Positions 17,564-27,232 of a stretch of DNA of 64,000 nucleotides are shown piece by piece; position 1 is the first letter of the stretch; the number at the start of each line of letters is the position of its first letter. Source of the DNA: Bacteroidota bacterium (lineage in GTDB: Bacteria > Bacteroidota > Bacteroidia > Bacteroidales > ML635J-15); NCBI GenBank assembly GCA_051747965.1, contig JBNJGS010000001.1, forward strand, positions 40,311 to 104,310, read 5' to 3'. Both the position numbers and the translations under genes were made by a program. A model generated the notes under the pieces. That model was not told the DNA's origin, searched no databases, and saw only the letters and a program-made list of their open reading frames with translations.

Positions 17564-18061
17564 ATGACAAAACTATCAACACAGATTACAGAACATTCAG
17601 AACATTTAAAGTATTATGCTTTAAGTTTAACCAACGACAGTGAGACGGCCAATGACTTAATGCAGGAAACAATGTTTAAGGCATTGAAAAATGAGGATCG
17701 GTATGTTCACGATAAGAATCTGCGCTCATGGTTGTTCACAATAATGAAAAATACCTTCATCAATCAGTACCGAAGGGAGAAATCCAGGCAAAAAATGGTG
17801 GCAGAAGTAAAGGATGTAAGTTCATATGCTTCAGCGAAAGTAGAAAATGAGACAGGTCTTGATTTGTATGTCATGAGATCTGATATTCACAAAGCATTAT
17901 TGAAGTTGAATTCAAAATACAGAGTACCTTTCATTCTGTTTTACAAGGGTTTTAAATACACAGAAATTGCCAAAAGACTTAATCTGCCACTCGGAACAAT
18001 CAAAAGCCGCATCTATTTTGCCCGCAAAATCCTGATGGAAGAACTCTCAGGACTGATCTAG
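17564..18061 (+). CDS. ECF-type RNA polymerase sigma-70 factor
   Basis: 165 aa. Region 2 is LMQETMFKALKN...SWLFTIMKNTFINQYRR. Region 4 is FKYTEIAKRLNLPLGTIKSRIYFARKIL. No adjacent anti-sigma gene is present. Confidence 0.85.
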   Translation: MTKLSTQITEHSEHLKYYALSLTNDSETANDLMQETMFKALKNEDRYVHDKNLRSWLFTIMKNTFINQYRREKSRQKMVAEVKDVSSYASAKVENETGLDLYVMRSDIHKALLKLNSKYRVPFILFYKGFKYTEIAKRLNLPLGTIKSRIYFARKILMEELSGLI

Positions 18062-18066
18062 CCCAA

Positions 18067-20202
18067 TTATTCCTCATAAATGATATCGGAGTAATCCTCA
18101 AGTTCGCCGATTATTCTGAATTCTGTCCGCCGGTTTTTGGCACGGCCTTCTTCGTTGTCGGTACCATCGGGATTGGTATTGGGTGCTATTGGATCTTTTT
18201 CGCCGTAACCTTTGGCCTCTAGCTGATCCTCCGGGATACCTCTGTCTATCAGGTGCTCCACTACCGATTCTGCCCGTTTTTGTGAGAGTTCCAGATTAAA
18301 CTCATCACTACCGACACTGTCTGTATGAGAGCTTATCTCAACCACGATGCTCGGGTTTTCCTGCAGCAGATCGAAAATGGTATTATCAATGACATTTTTG
18401 GCCTCATCAGTGAGCTTATGGTCATTGTATTCATAATAGACATTTTTCAGTATAAGCGGTTCCGTGGGTATCGTATTTACGATAATGGCATCCATATGCA
18501 GGGTATCATCTTTGGTAATGTCCCGGGTTGTGAGAGCAAATTCTTTTTCATCACGGTTAAAATCCTTGACTTTCAACACATAATCAATACCTTGCTCCAG
18601 ATTGAACCAAAAACGGCCCTGATTTGTGGAATCTGTTTTGATAAAACTTTCCTTTCCGGTATCCGGATCTTTCATGAATAATGACACCGGGTACTTATGC
18701 AGGCGTTCCATGGATGATGTGTCATCCATGTGATCTAAATGATCAATTGTGAGATTTTGCTCATATTCTTCCCGGATACTGTTATAAAAGGACAAATCCG
18801 TGATTCCGTAGATTTGTCCGGTCAGCCAGATACGGATGTAATCACTGTCAATGTATTGATAAATATCATCACAGCAGGTTTCATGCCGCAGGCTTTGGCC
18901 ACCGGCACGGTTGGATACAAAATACCCGTAATACCCTTCCTCTGCTTTAGAGAAATACAGTTCATCCACTTCAGAATTTACCGGTTTCCCGATATTTTCG
19001 GGCTCACTAAACTGCCGTCCGCTGCCCCGGGTTTTAAAGACATCAAGTCCTCCATAATTTGGATAAGCATCAGAACTAAAGTACATCGTCTTGCTGTTTA
19101 CATGGTAGAAAGGTGTCATCTCATCACCAGCCGTATTGATTTTCCGGCCACAATTTCGCGGCGGCATAAAAGCTTCCCGTCTTGGATCCCAGTAGGTGTA
19201 CCAGATATCCATGCCACCTTGTCCGCCTTCGGGTCGGTCAGAAACAAAATACAGCATATCGGTATTACGACGTGACACTCCCACAGCCGGCATACTTGAA
19301 GTATATCCCGGCATGTTGATTTCATTATTGAGCAATTCGGGTTCCTGCCATTCGTTGTTTTTCTTTTCTGTCCTGTATATTTGACAAATCATCTTATTAC
19401 CGATTCCCTGATGTTTTGAGCAACGGGTAAAATAAAAGCGCTTATGATCGGGTGAAAAAGCCCCATTTCCTGTATTTGCCTCCTGTGTATTGATAAGATC
19501 ACCACCAAACTCTTCTCCGGTTTTCCAGGATTTGCCGTCTTTATATGCCATATAGAAACGACGTTTGGGAATGCTGTCGGTTGCAGGATCGAAATATTGC
19601 ATTTCATCCATGGGTAAAGAAGCATAAATCATAAGATCCTCCTCGAGAGGTATGGGATTAAAATCAATGTGTTTATGGTTGATGCCATGCATATTGTTCA
19701 CCACATAATTGGTATGAATACTGTCGGCAAGTGCCAGCTCGCATCCCTCTATCTCTGATTGCAAACGGTTTTTATAATAAACACTTTTTGATTTGCTTAC
19801 ATCTCTGCTGTATCGTCTGAAAATATTGAATTCTTTGAGTGCCTCCTCATATTTTCCCTGCATTTTCAGGCAAACAGCATACTTAAACTGTGCTTCAGGA
19901 AATTTTCTTCTTTTGGCACGGAAGGCCTTGTGATAATACTTTTCGGCAGCAGGATAATTTCTTTCTTTAAAATACAGTTCCGCAAGCGTATAAGACATAT
20001 TTGCATCATCCGGTTCTTCCTCAAGATAAGCAGCCAGATAATCAATGGCTGTAAATATATCACCTGATTTCATGGCCTGCAGGCCGTATCTCATAATCTG
20101 CCGGCTATTCATGTCTTCCATCGCATCCTGCCCGAAAGCCGGAGTGATGACAAATCCAAAAAAGACAAAAGCGGGAATCGTAATCAGTTGAAAATGCTTC
20201 AT
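18067..20202 (-). CDS. OmpA-family outer membrane protein with TPR and TolB-like beta-propeller repeats (PorE-like)
   Basis: 711 aa. It has a signal peptide, N-terminal TPR-like helices and PD40-like repeats (FSPDHKRFYFTR, MLYFVSDRPEGGQGGMDIW, TMYFSSD). The C-terminal OmpA_C region reads ISSHTDSVGSDEFNLELSQKRAESV...NRRTEFRI. Confidence 0.75.
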   Translation of the reverse strand: MKHFQLITIPAFVFFGFVITPAFGQDAMEDMNSRQIMRYGLQAMKSGDIFTAIDYLAAYLEEEPDDANMSYTLAELYFKERNYPAAEKYYHKAFRAKRRKFPEAQFKYAVCLKMQGKYEEALKEFNIFRRYSRDVSKSKSVYYKNRLQSEIEGCELALADSIHTNYVVNNMHGINHKHIDFNPIPLEEDLMIYASLPMDEMQYFDPATDSIPKRRFYMAYKDGKSWKTGEEFGGDLINTQEANTGNGAFSPDHKRFYFTRCSKHQGIGNKMICQIYRTEKKNNEWQEPELLNNEINMPGYTSSMPAVGVSRRNTDMLYFVSDRPEGGQGGMDIWYTYWDPRREAFMPPRNCGRKINTAGDEMTPFYHVNSKTMYFSSDAYPNYGGLDVFKTRGSGRQFSEPENIGKPVNSEVDELYFSKAEEGYYGYFVSNRAGGQSLRHETCCDDIYQYIDSDYIRIWLTGQIYGITDLSFYNSIREEYEQNLTIDHLDHMDDTSSMERLHKYPVSLFMKDPDTGKESFIKTDSTNQGRFWFNLEQGIDYVLKVKDFNRDEKEFALTTRDITKDDTLHMDAIIVNTIPTEPLILKNVYYEYNDHKLTDEAKNVIDNTIFDLLQENPSIVVEISSHTDSVGSDEFNLELSQKRAESVVEHLIDRGIPEDQLEAKGYGEKDPIAPNTNPDGTDNEEGRAKNRRTEFRIIGELEDYSDIIYEE

Positions 20203-20205
20203 AGT

Positions 20206-21225
20206 TTAATATCTGTCACAAGGAATTGCAAAGCGTTCAATATCTTTCACAAAATTGGTATAAACAATGGATAACTCAAAAGCTCCTTTAAAATTACTGG
20301 CTTGTCTCAGCCCGGAAATATTGACATCATAACTGATGCCAACATCAAAACCCATGACACCCACCCCGGCTTTAAATATCAGAGCATCCGTGGAATGGAG
20401 TTGAGTTCTGACACCTCCGCCGGCATATATTTTTTCAAGCAGGTCTTCCAGGGGAAACTCATATCCGGCTACAGCTCCGAAAAGAAAATTGCTTGCTTTG
20501 GTTGTAAAACCGGTGTACAAATCGGGCCGGGCAAACCATTGCTCTGTCAGCTCAATATCTGCATAAGCACTGACTGCATACCGCAGGGGAAGTTTTGCAT
20601 CATCATCCCGCAGGAAGCTTAGCGAAGGATTGTTGATGTGATACAGACTCAGACCGGCAACAGGTGTGATTTTTCCGTAGGTTCCGGACCAGGCCACACC
20701 CAGGTTGATATCGGGATAATTGACATTCTCATCCCATGTATCAAGGTAGGATGGCATTTCCGAATCAAACAATCCGGTATTCGGATTGTATTGTCCGGGA
20801 AAAGTAAGCGGATCATGATCAAAAGTATTGACTACATAGCCTGCCTGCAATCCACCCGAGAGATCATGACCAGCTATTTGGGTATGCCATGACAGGGAAA
20901 GATATACCTTATTGGCTGTCAGTGCCGCAGCACCCGACTGATCGTTTACAAAATAAACACCTGCCCCAAGAGTTCCTGCAACAAAGTTAAATGGCTTGTC
21001 AAATCCGGCAGATATGGTTTTAAACGGAATTCCTACAGAACTCCACTGGTTCCGGTAATTGTTACTGAATCGCCAATTGCCTTCAAACATCCCTGTATAA
21101 GCCGGGTTTACATGCAACGGACTCTTACCAAACTGCGAAAAATGAATATCCTGAGCAGAAAGATCAGACACCTTTAACACAGATAAAAGAACCAGAATGG
21201 TTATGAAAATTTGGTTTTTTTGCAT
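20206..21225 (-). CDS. T9SS membrane protein PorP/SprF family
   Basis: 339 aa. A signal peptide is followed by AQDIHFSQFGKSPLHVNPAYTG...YRNQWSSVG, the characteristic PorP/SprF N-terminal signature. Confidence 0.85.
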   Translation of the reverse strand: MQKNQIFITILVLLSVLKVSDLSAQDIHFSQFGKSPLHVNPAYTGMFEGNWRFSNNYRNQWSSVGIPFKTISAGFDKPFNFVAGTLGAGVYFVNDQSGAAALTANKVYLSLSWHTQIAGHDLSGGLQAGYVVNTFDHDPLTFPGQYNPNTGLFDSEMPSYLDTWDENVNYPDINLGVAWSGTYGKITPVAGLSLYHINNPSLSFLRDDDAKLPLRYAVSAYADIELTEQWFARPDLYTGFTTKASNFLFGAVAGYEFPLEDLLEKIYAGGGVRTQLHSTDALIFKAGVGVMGFDVGISYDVNISGLRQASNFKGAFELSIVYTNFVKDIERFAIPCDRY

Positions 21226-21306
21226 TTTGCTCTTTTATTTATCCCTCAAATATAGTATTTTTGTTAGTGAATCCAACGAAACCAATACAATTTAAGGGAA
21301 AATTTT

Positions 21307-24300
21307 ATGCCATTACTAAAAATTATTTCTGCCATTGTTGCCTTTGCTATCATGTCCTTAAGTATTGCAAACGCACAGCCTGTGGCCGATTTTGAAATCG
21401 GGGAAGGCGAAGAGTCTGTATGTGTCAACGAAAATATTCATTTTACCAATCTCAGCGATACCTCTGCATGTTCCGGTGATGTTTCCTGGGTATGGGATTT
21501 TGGAGACGGAGCCACTTCTACGGTCTACAACCCGGTGAGAAATTATGATGCACCAGGCACTTATGATGTGGTTCTTACCATAACCTGTGATGGGTTTAGT
21601 GATGCAGAGCTCATGAGTATTTCCGTGCTGCCCACACCGGATGCAGGATTTCAGGATGTGAGCTTTACAGGATGCGCACCACATACGGTAAATTTCGTGA
21701 ATACCACAACACAAATAGGCGGTGGAAACATTGACGGATATACCTGGAATTTCGGCGATGGCACAAGCAGTGCAGATGAAAATCCTGAACATACCTATAC
21801 TCAGGCAGGTACTTATACCATTACACTTGAGGCCACCAATGAAAACGGCTGCACATCATTTGCCAGTCAGGAGAATGCCATTACCCTGTCTGCCGTTCCT
21901 GAACTTAGTCTGTCTGCCAACCCCCAGTCACATTGCCAGACTCCTGTGAATATTGATTTTACTTCAAACATCAATGTTACATCAGGGTTGGATTACGACA
22001 TTGACTGGGATTTCGGGGATGGCGGAAATGCCACAATTGAAAATCCAAGCCATGAATATACCAGCAATGGAGATTATGATATCAGCCTGACTGTCACAGA
22101 TGAATATGGTTGCACCAACACCATTGACTCCATTGATTATGTACATGTGCATCCGGTAACACCGGATTACACAATTCTGGATGATGACTCTCAGGAAATA
22201 ACCAACAACATCACCTGCATTAACACAAACACGTATTTTGTATGCAACAATGCAGGCTATGATGTGGAATGGGATTTTGGCGAGGGCAGCACATCGTCAA
22301 ACAGTACGGCAGCCTTTTCTTTTTCTACTTCCGGCTCACATAACATCACCATGACGGTAGACCCCGGAGGTGTCTGTGAAGCCTCAAGCGTGATCAATCT
22401 TACTGTTGAAGATCCAGAGCCCACTTTTATTGTTGATGAGGATTTCAGCTGTACAGCTCCTTTTACAGTCCAGTTTACCAGCGATGCTTCAACAACAATC
22501 GATGAATACGACTGGTTGTTTGGCGATGGCTTTGACGACGCTCAGGAAAATCCATCGCATACTTATAACGAAACAGGAACATTTACCCCGGTACTTGAGG
22601 TTGTTTCCTCCAATGGTTGCGAAGCACAGTATTCAGGCCCGGAAATCAATATCAGCTCTCCTTCCGCTTCATTTTCCGTGGATACGACAGAGGGCTGCCT
22701 TGGCATCATATTCAACACAAGCTACGACAGCATTACCCATCCCGACGAAATCACAGATTTTACATGGGATTTCTACAGCAATATAGAATCACTGTCAGAT
22801 CCGTTTTCCTCCGGCACCGAGGAGTCTCATGCATATACAGATACAGGGGAATATATCATCAGCCTTACTGTAACAGATACTTCCGGATGTATTTCTGATT
22901 TTGAACTTGATGTGCAGGTTGGTGAACATCACATGCCATTATTTGATACCCTGGCATACCCGCACTTGATTTGTCCCCAGGATTCTCTGGACTTCTATAG
23001 TCTCTCCGAAGATCCAGATTATATTGATGACTATGAGTGGCTTATGGGAGACACCAATTCCTGGCAATGGGGTACTTTTGAAGAACAGGACCTGGAGGAT
23101 TTCATGTTTGAAGAAGATACCGGGTATGTGCAGGTAGTCCATGTAGTAAATCATAACGGATGCAGAGATTCACTATACATGCCGGACTTCTTTTATGTGC
23201 GGGGGCCGGTAATTCATAATATTGAGATTACCCATGACTGTGAGCAGGGCACTGAATACCTGTTTACACTTGATGCAGTACTGGCCAGTGAATGGGATTG
23301 GTTTGTATATGATGATGCAGGAAACCAAGAGTCTCAGCATTTATCCACAACCGATACCACGCTTATATGTAATTTTACACAAAACGGCGAATACTGGGTT
23401 CATGCTCTTGCCAGAAACGACACAACAGGTTGCGATTATATTGATTCGGTGAAAGTGAATGTGATACAACCGGTGGCAAATTTCGATCTGTCTCCTGCTA
23501 ACATTTGTGCAGGAGAACCGGGCTATAGTTTTACTGAAAGTGGCAGTGAACATGCCGATAGCATTTACTGGGATTTTGGTGATGGTGAAAATTCCGGTTG
23601 GTTACCCCCCTCAGAAGACACCGGTGAATTTGATGCTGTCACCCATGCATACGATACGGTAGGGGATATTGAAGTATGGCTGCATGTACAGGATGAAAAC
23701 GGCTGCGTGGATTCTGTGATGCGCGTTTTACACCTTATGGGTCCGATGATAACAATAGATTCAGATTATCCACTGGAAGGCTGCACTCCTTTCAATCTTT
23801 TGATCGAAGGCGAGGTTGAGGCAGATGATGCCATCAGCTACATGAGTGTTGAGGTGGCAGGTAATGGCACAGATGAACCGGCGGTAAATGGAACAGGTCT
23901 GCTGCCGTTCTCCTCGGAATTCAACATCAACGAAGCCGGCGTATATGATGTGGAAATCACCGCTGTATCCGGAGGATGCACCAATACCAACACATATCCT
24001 GATTTTCTGACACTCACTTCACTGAATGCTGATTTTACGGCCGCCTCGGTAAATGATAATGATCGTGAATTATGTGCAGGTGATGCTGTTGAATTCACCC
24101 CGGACACATTATATGGTCCGGATTATGATTATGAATGGGATTTTGGTGACGGCTCTCCTGCCAGCAGTGAACTCTCACCGGTTCACACCTATACAAGCCC
24201 CGGAAGTTATGATGTAAGTCTGACTGTTTCAGGGAATGGCTGCACCCGGGATGAAATCAAAACAGCCTATATTGAAGTAGAGGAAGCTGATGCCGGCTTT

Positions 24301-25860
24301 AGTATTGCCACAACAGCAATTTCATGTCCGCCATTTAACATTGAAGCCGGCGATATAACACTGGATGCCCCGGAGTTAGACAATGCTACATACATCTGGG
24401 ATTCCGATTCCGGAAATCCTAATGCTCCTGCCGGTGACGGCTACAATTCTTATGAATTCTCCTACTTTGAAGCTGGTGATTATCAGCTTCATCTGGAAGT
24501 GGTAACGAGTTTTGGCTGTCAGGATGAAAATTCCGTGATGCTAAATATTGACGGCCCTTCAGGCGATCTGTATGTCAATGGTGAGCCTGTGCAGCACAAT
24601 GGCACTGTGAACGCATGCCTTAATGAAACACTGGAATTTTCTTTGGAAAACACTGAAGGACTGGATTCTATAGAATGGACATTTGATGACGGTTACTCAG
24701 ACACGGTTTTATCTACCAGCCATATTTATACCAGTTTGCCCAATGAAGGAAATACCTATGATGTGGATGCAAGCATGCACGGATCAGACTGCAGCTATCC
24801 GTTGACAGTTCATGTGATGATTCACGATGTGATGTCACAGTTTTCACTGATAGATCCCGAATACGGCGTGCCCGCAGATACTGCTCAGTGCAGTCCCTTT
24901 GTGATTGACCTGATAAACAACTCCATTGGTGATGATCTGACATACAACTGGACAGTGGAAGGAATTGGCAACCATACAGATGAAGATTGGACAGGGGTGG
25001 AATTTGTCAACGACAGCCAGCAGGATTTGGTTGTGGATATCAGCCTGAGCGTAACCAATGCTGAGGTTGGCTGCTCAGATACCAGCAGCAGGCAGGTGGT
25101 TGCCGGCTACATTCCTGATCCGCAGATTACGCCGGATACCATCATTTGTGAAGGTGACAGTTTTCATCTTCACGCATCCAATGGTTCTCACTATCTCTGG
25201 TACCCCGGACTTTACCTTAGCGACACAGAGGTGGCTGAACCACAGGCTATGCCGGAAGAAGACATGACCTATTATGTAACAGTTACCGCAGACAACGGTT
25301 GCAAGAACTCCGATTCTGTCCACATATGGCTGCAACATCCGGTCAACAGTTCAATAGGCAGCGAATGGGACAGCATTGTGATCGGTGAAAGCATTTCCAA
25401 CTTTGTCAGCGTGGATCAGGAAAACTCTAGTATTCTCTGGAGTCCCGATGAATCCATTTCCTGTTTAGATTGTGAAAACCCGGTATTCAATCCGCTTGAA
25501 GACCAGGACTACGTTGTTGAAATCTCAGACAGTCTGTCATGTTTTACCAATATTTATGCTTATTCTGTTTTTGTCGATCTAAGTTTCACACTTGATGTAC
25601 CAAAGGCATTTACTCCGGAAGGCAATGAAATCAACCGGCTTGTATTTGTGCGTGGGCATGGCATCAGGGATCTGAAAGAATTTGCCATATACAATCGCTG
25701 GGGTGAGGAGCTTTTCCGCACTGATGATATCAAGCAGGGCTGGGACGGCTATTACAAAGGCAAACTACAACCGGTGGATACTTATGTGTATTATGTGGAA
25801 GCTGAAATGTACAATGGCAAAATCAAAAGCAAAAAAGGCACCATTATGCTGATGCGCTAA
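21307..25860 (+). CDS. PKD-repeat surface protein with T9SS type B (gliding-motility-associated) C-terminal domain
   Basis: 1517 aa. It has many WDFGDG...NPxHxY PKD-type repeats. The C-terminus is VPKAFTPEGNEINRLVFVRGHGI...FAIYNRWGEELFRT...GWDGYYKGKLQPVDTYVYYVEA. Confidence 0.85.
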   Translation: MPLLKIISAIVAFAIMSLSIANAQPVADFEIGEGEESVCVNENIHFTNLSDTSACSGDVSWVWDFGDGATSTVYNPVRNYDAPGTYDVVLTITCDGFSDAELMSISVLPTPDAGFQDVSFTGCAPHTVNFVNTTTQIGGGNIDGYTWNFGDGTSSADENPEHTYTQAGTYTITLEATNENGCTSFASQENAITLSAVPELSLSANPQSHCQTPVNIDFTSNINVTSGLDYDIDWDFGDGGNATIENPSHEYTSNGDYDISLTVTDEYGCTNTIDSIDYVHVHPVTPDYTILDDDSQEITNNITCINTNTYFVCNNAGYDVEWDFGEGSTSSNSTAAFSFSTSGSHNITMTVDPGGVCEASSVINLTVEDPEPTFIVDEDFSCTAPFTVQFTSDASTTIDEYDWLFGDGFDDAQENPSHTYNETGTFTPVLEVVSSNGCEAQYSGPEINISSPSASFSVDTTEGCLGIIFNTSYDSITHPDEITDFTWDFYSNIESLSDPFSSGTEESHAYTDTGEYIISLTVTDTSGCISDFELDVQVGEHHMPLFDTLAYPHLICPQDSLDFYSLSEDPDYIDDYEWLMGDTNSWQWGTFEEQDLEDFMFEEDTGYVQVVHVVNHNGCRDSLYMPDFFYVRGPVIHNIEITHDCEQGTEYLFTLDAVLASEWDWFVYDDAGNQESQHLSTTDTTLICNFTQNGEYWVHALARNDTTGCDYIDSVKVNVIQPVANFDLSPANICAGEPGYSFTESGSEHADSIYWDFGDGENSGWLPPSEDTGEFDAVTHAYDTVGDIEVWLHVQDENGCVDSVMRVLHLMGPMITIDSDYPLEGCTPFNLLIEGEVEADDAISYMSVEVAGNGTDEPAVNGTGLLPFSSEFNINEAGVYDVEITAVSGGCTNTNTYPDFLTLTSLNADFTAASVNDNDRELCAGDAVEFTPDTLYGPDYDYEWDFGDGSPASSELSPVHTYTSPGSYDVSLTVSGNGCTRDEIKTAYIEVEEADAGFSIATTAISCPPFNIEAGDITLDAPELDNATYIWDSDSGNPNAPAGDGYNSYEFSYFEAGDYQLHLEVVTSFGCQDENSVMLNIDGPSGDLYVNGEPVQHNGTVNACLNETLEFSLENTEGLDSIEWTFDDGYSDTVLSTSHIYTSLPNEGNTYDVDASMHGSDCSYPLTVHVMIHDVMSQFSLIDPEYGVPADTAQCSPFVIDLINNSIGDDLTYNWTVEGIGNHTDEDWTGVEFVNDSQQDLVVDISLSVTNAEVGCSDTSSRQVVAGYIPDPQITPDTIICEGDSFHLHASNGSHYLWYPGLYLSDTEVAEPQAMPEEDMTYYVTVTADNGCKNSDSVHIWLQHPVNSSIGSEWDSIVIGESISNFVSVDQENSSILWSPDESISCLDCENPVFNPLEDQDYVVEISDSLSCFTNIYAYSVFVDLSFTLDVPKAFTPEGNEINRLVFVRGHGIRDLKEFAIYNRWGEELFRTDDIKQGWDGYYKGKLQPVDTYVYYVEAEMYNGKIKSKKGTIMLMR

Positions 25861-25944
25861 GATATGTTTTTGGTTTCCATGAAAATGATGCCCCTGAAAT
25901 AAAATCCGCACAGGTATCACGAGATATGATAAAACCGTAATCGC

Positions 25945-26301
25945 TTAATCCATGGTTTTCAGAAGCTCTCTGTCTTTTTTTCGCAGCTTACTGACAACAA
26001 GTTCATAGGAATGATCAATCAGTTCTTTTAAGAAATCATCACTCAGGCTTCCGTCAACGGACACTGTATTCCAGTGCATTTTATTCATATGCCAGCCCGG
26101 TCTGATTGCCGGATATCTTTCTCTGAGCTCAATTGCACGTTCAGGATCGCATTTCAGGGCCAGTGCAAAGTCATTTTCCAAATCAGTCAGAGCAAACATT
26201 TTACCCATAACTTTAAAGACCAGCGTTGTTTCATCAAAGGGAAATTCTTCAGTAACACCGGCCTTAGACAAGCAGTATGTTCTAAAACTTTCAATATGCA
26301 T
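25945..26301 (-). CDS. MmcQ/YjbR family protein
   Basis: 118 aa. Both MHIESFRTYCLSKAGVTEEFPFDETTLVFKVMGKMFAL and the overall size fit the YjbR fold family. Confidence 0.7.
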   Translation of the reverse strand: MHIESFRTYCLSKAGVTEEFPFDETTLVFKVMGKMFALTDLENDFALALKCDPERAIELRERYPAIRPGWHMNKMHWNTVSVDGSLSDDFLKELIDHSYELVVSKLRKKDRELLKTMD

Positions 26302-26312
26302 AATGTATGGTT

Positions 26313-27143
26313 TTACATGTCATGTACCAATCTGATCCCTCGGGCATTGCTGCCATAATCCTTTACCCCTTCTATTCTGTTGGTAAGCCTGCAATCCACC
26401 GGATCATTGAACCATGATCCGCCACGCAAGACCTGATAATTTCCTTCTTCCGGTGCAATCGGGTTGTTTGGTACGGAATATTCATAAAAATCAGGATCGT
26501 ATTTATCCTCACAGGGTTCCCAGACATTCCCGGCCATGTCATATATTCCGAGTTCGTTGGGGACTTTCTGTCCCACGGGTTGGGTTTTTCCACTTGCATT
26601 TTCACCATACCAGGCTACTTCGTCAATATCATTGCTGCCACTGTATCTGAACCCTTTGGATTTCTGGCCTCCACGGGCTGCATATTCCCATTCGGCTTCG
26701 GTAGGAAGACGATAGTTTTTTCCGGTTACATCATTCAGGGCATCAATAAAGATATCCACCCTTGTTTCGATATCCTCTACCGGGCAATTATAGCATCCGG
26801 CATAATAACTGGGGTCATCACCCATCACAGCAAACCACAATTCCTGAGTGACCTCGTACTTTCCAATATAAAAACCATCCAGCCTGACTTTGTGTACCGG
26901 TTGTTCGTCTTCTTTGGCATCCGGCCCGTCGTCACCCATCATAAACTCACCACCTTCCACAGCGATCATATCAAAGCTTACACCCAGGACTTCTTCAGTA
27001 TAATCTTCCCCGCTTACCATACTTTCCGAAGCTCCGATTTTAACGCTGCTTGTTTCAAGGGGTTCCTGAAAATCTTTGTTAGAAGTGCAGGAAACTCCCC
27101 AAAGAACAAAAACTACTATCACAATATGCCGGATTCTCTTCAT
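26313..27143 (-). CDS. formylglycine-generating enzyme (SUMF1/FGE-sulfatase) family lipoprotein
   Basis: 276 aa. It has a lipobox (LWGVSCTSN) and FGE motifs: YRLPTEAEWEYAARGG, NELGIYDMAGNVWEP and LRGGSW. Confidence 0.8.
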   Translation of the reverse strand: MKRIRHIVIVVFVLWGVSCTSNKDFQEPLETSSVKIGASESMVSGEDYTEEVLGVSFDMIAVEGGEFMMGDDGPDAKEDEQPVHKVRLDGFYIGKYEVTQELWFAVMGDDPSYYAGCYNCPVEDIETRVDIFIDALNDVTGKNYRLPTEAEWEYAARGGQKSKGFRYSGSNDIDEVAWYGENASGKTQPVGQKVPNELGIYDMAGNVWEPCEDKYDPDFYEYSVPNNPIAPEEGNYQVLRGGSWFNDPVDCRLTNRIEGVKDYGSNARGIRLVHDM

Positions 27144-27232
27144 TACATCACCCGCTTTAAAGCCGAAAGATACGCATTTTAGTCAAATATAATCAATCTC
27201 AGGAAAATTTGTGTATGAAGTGATTTGCAAGC

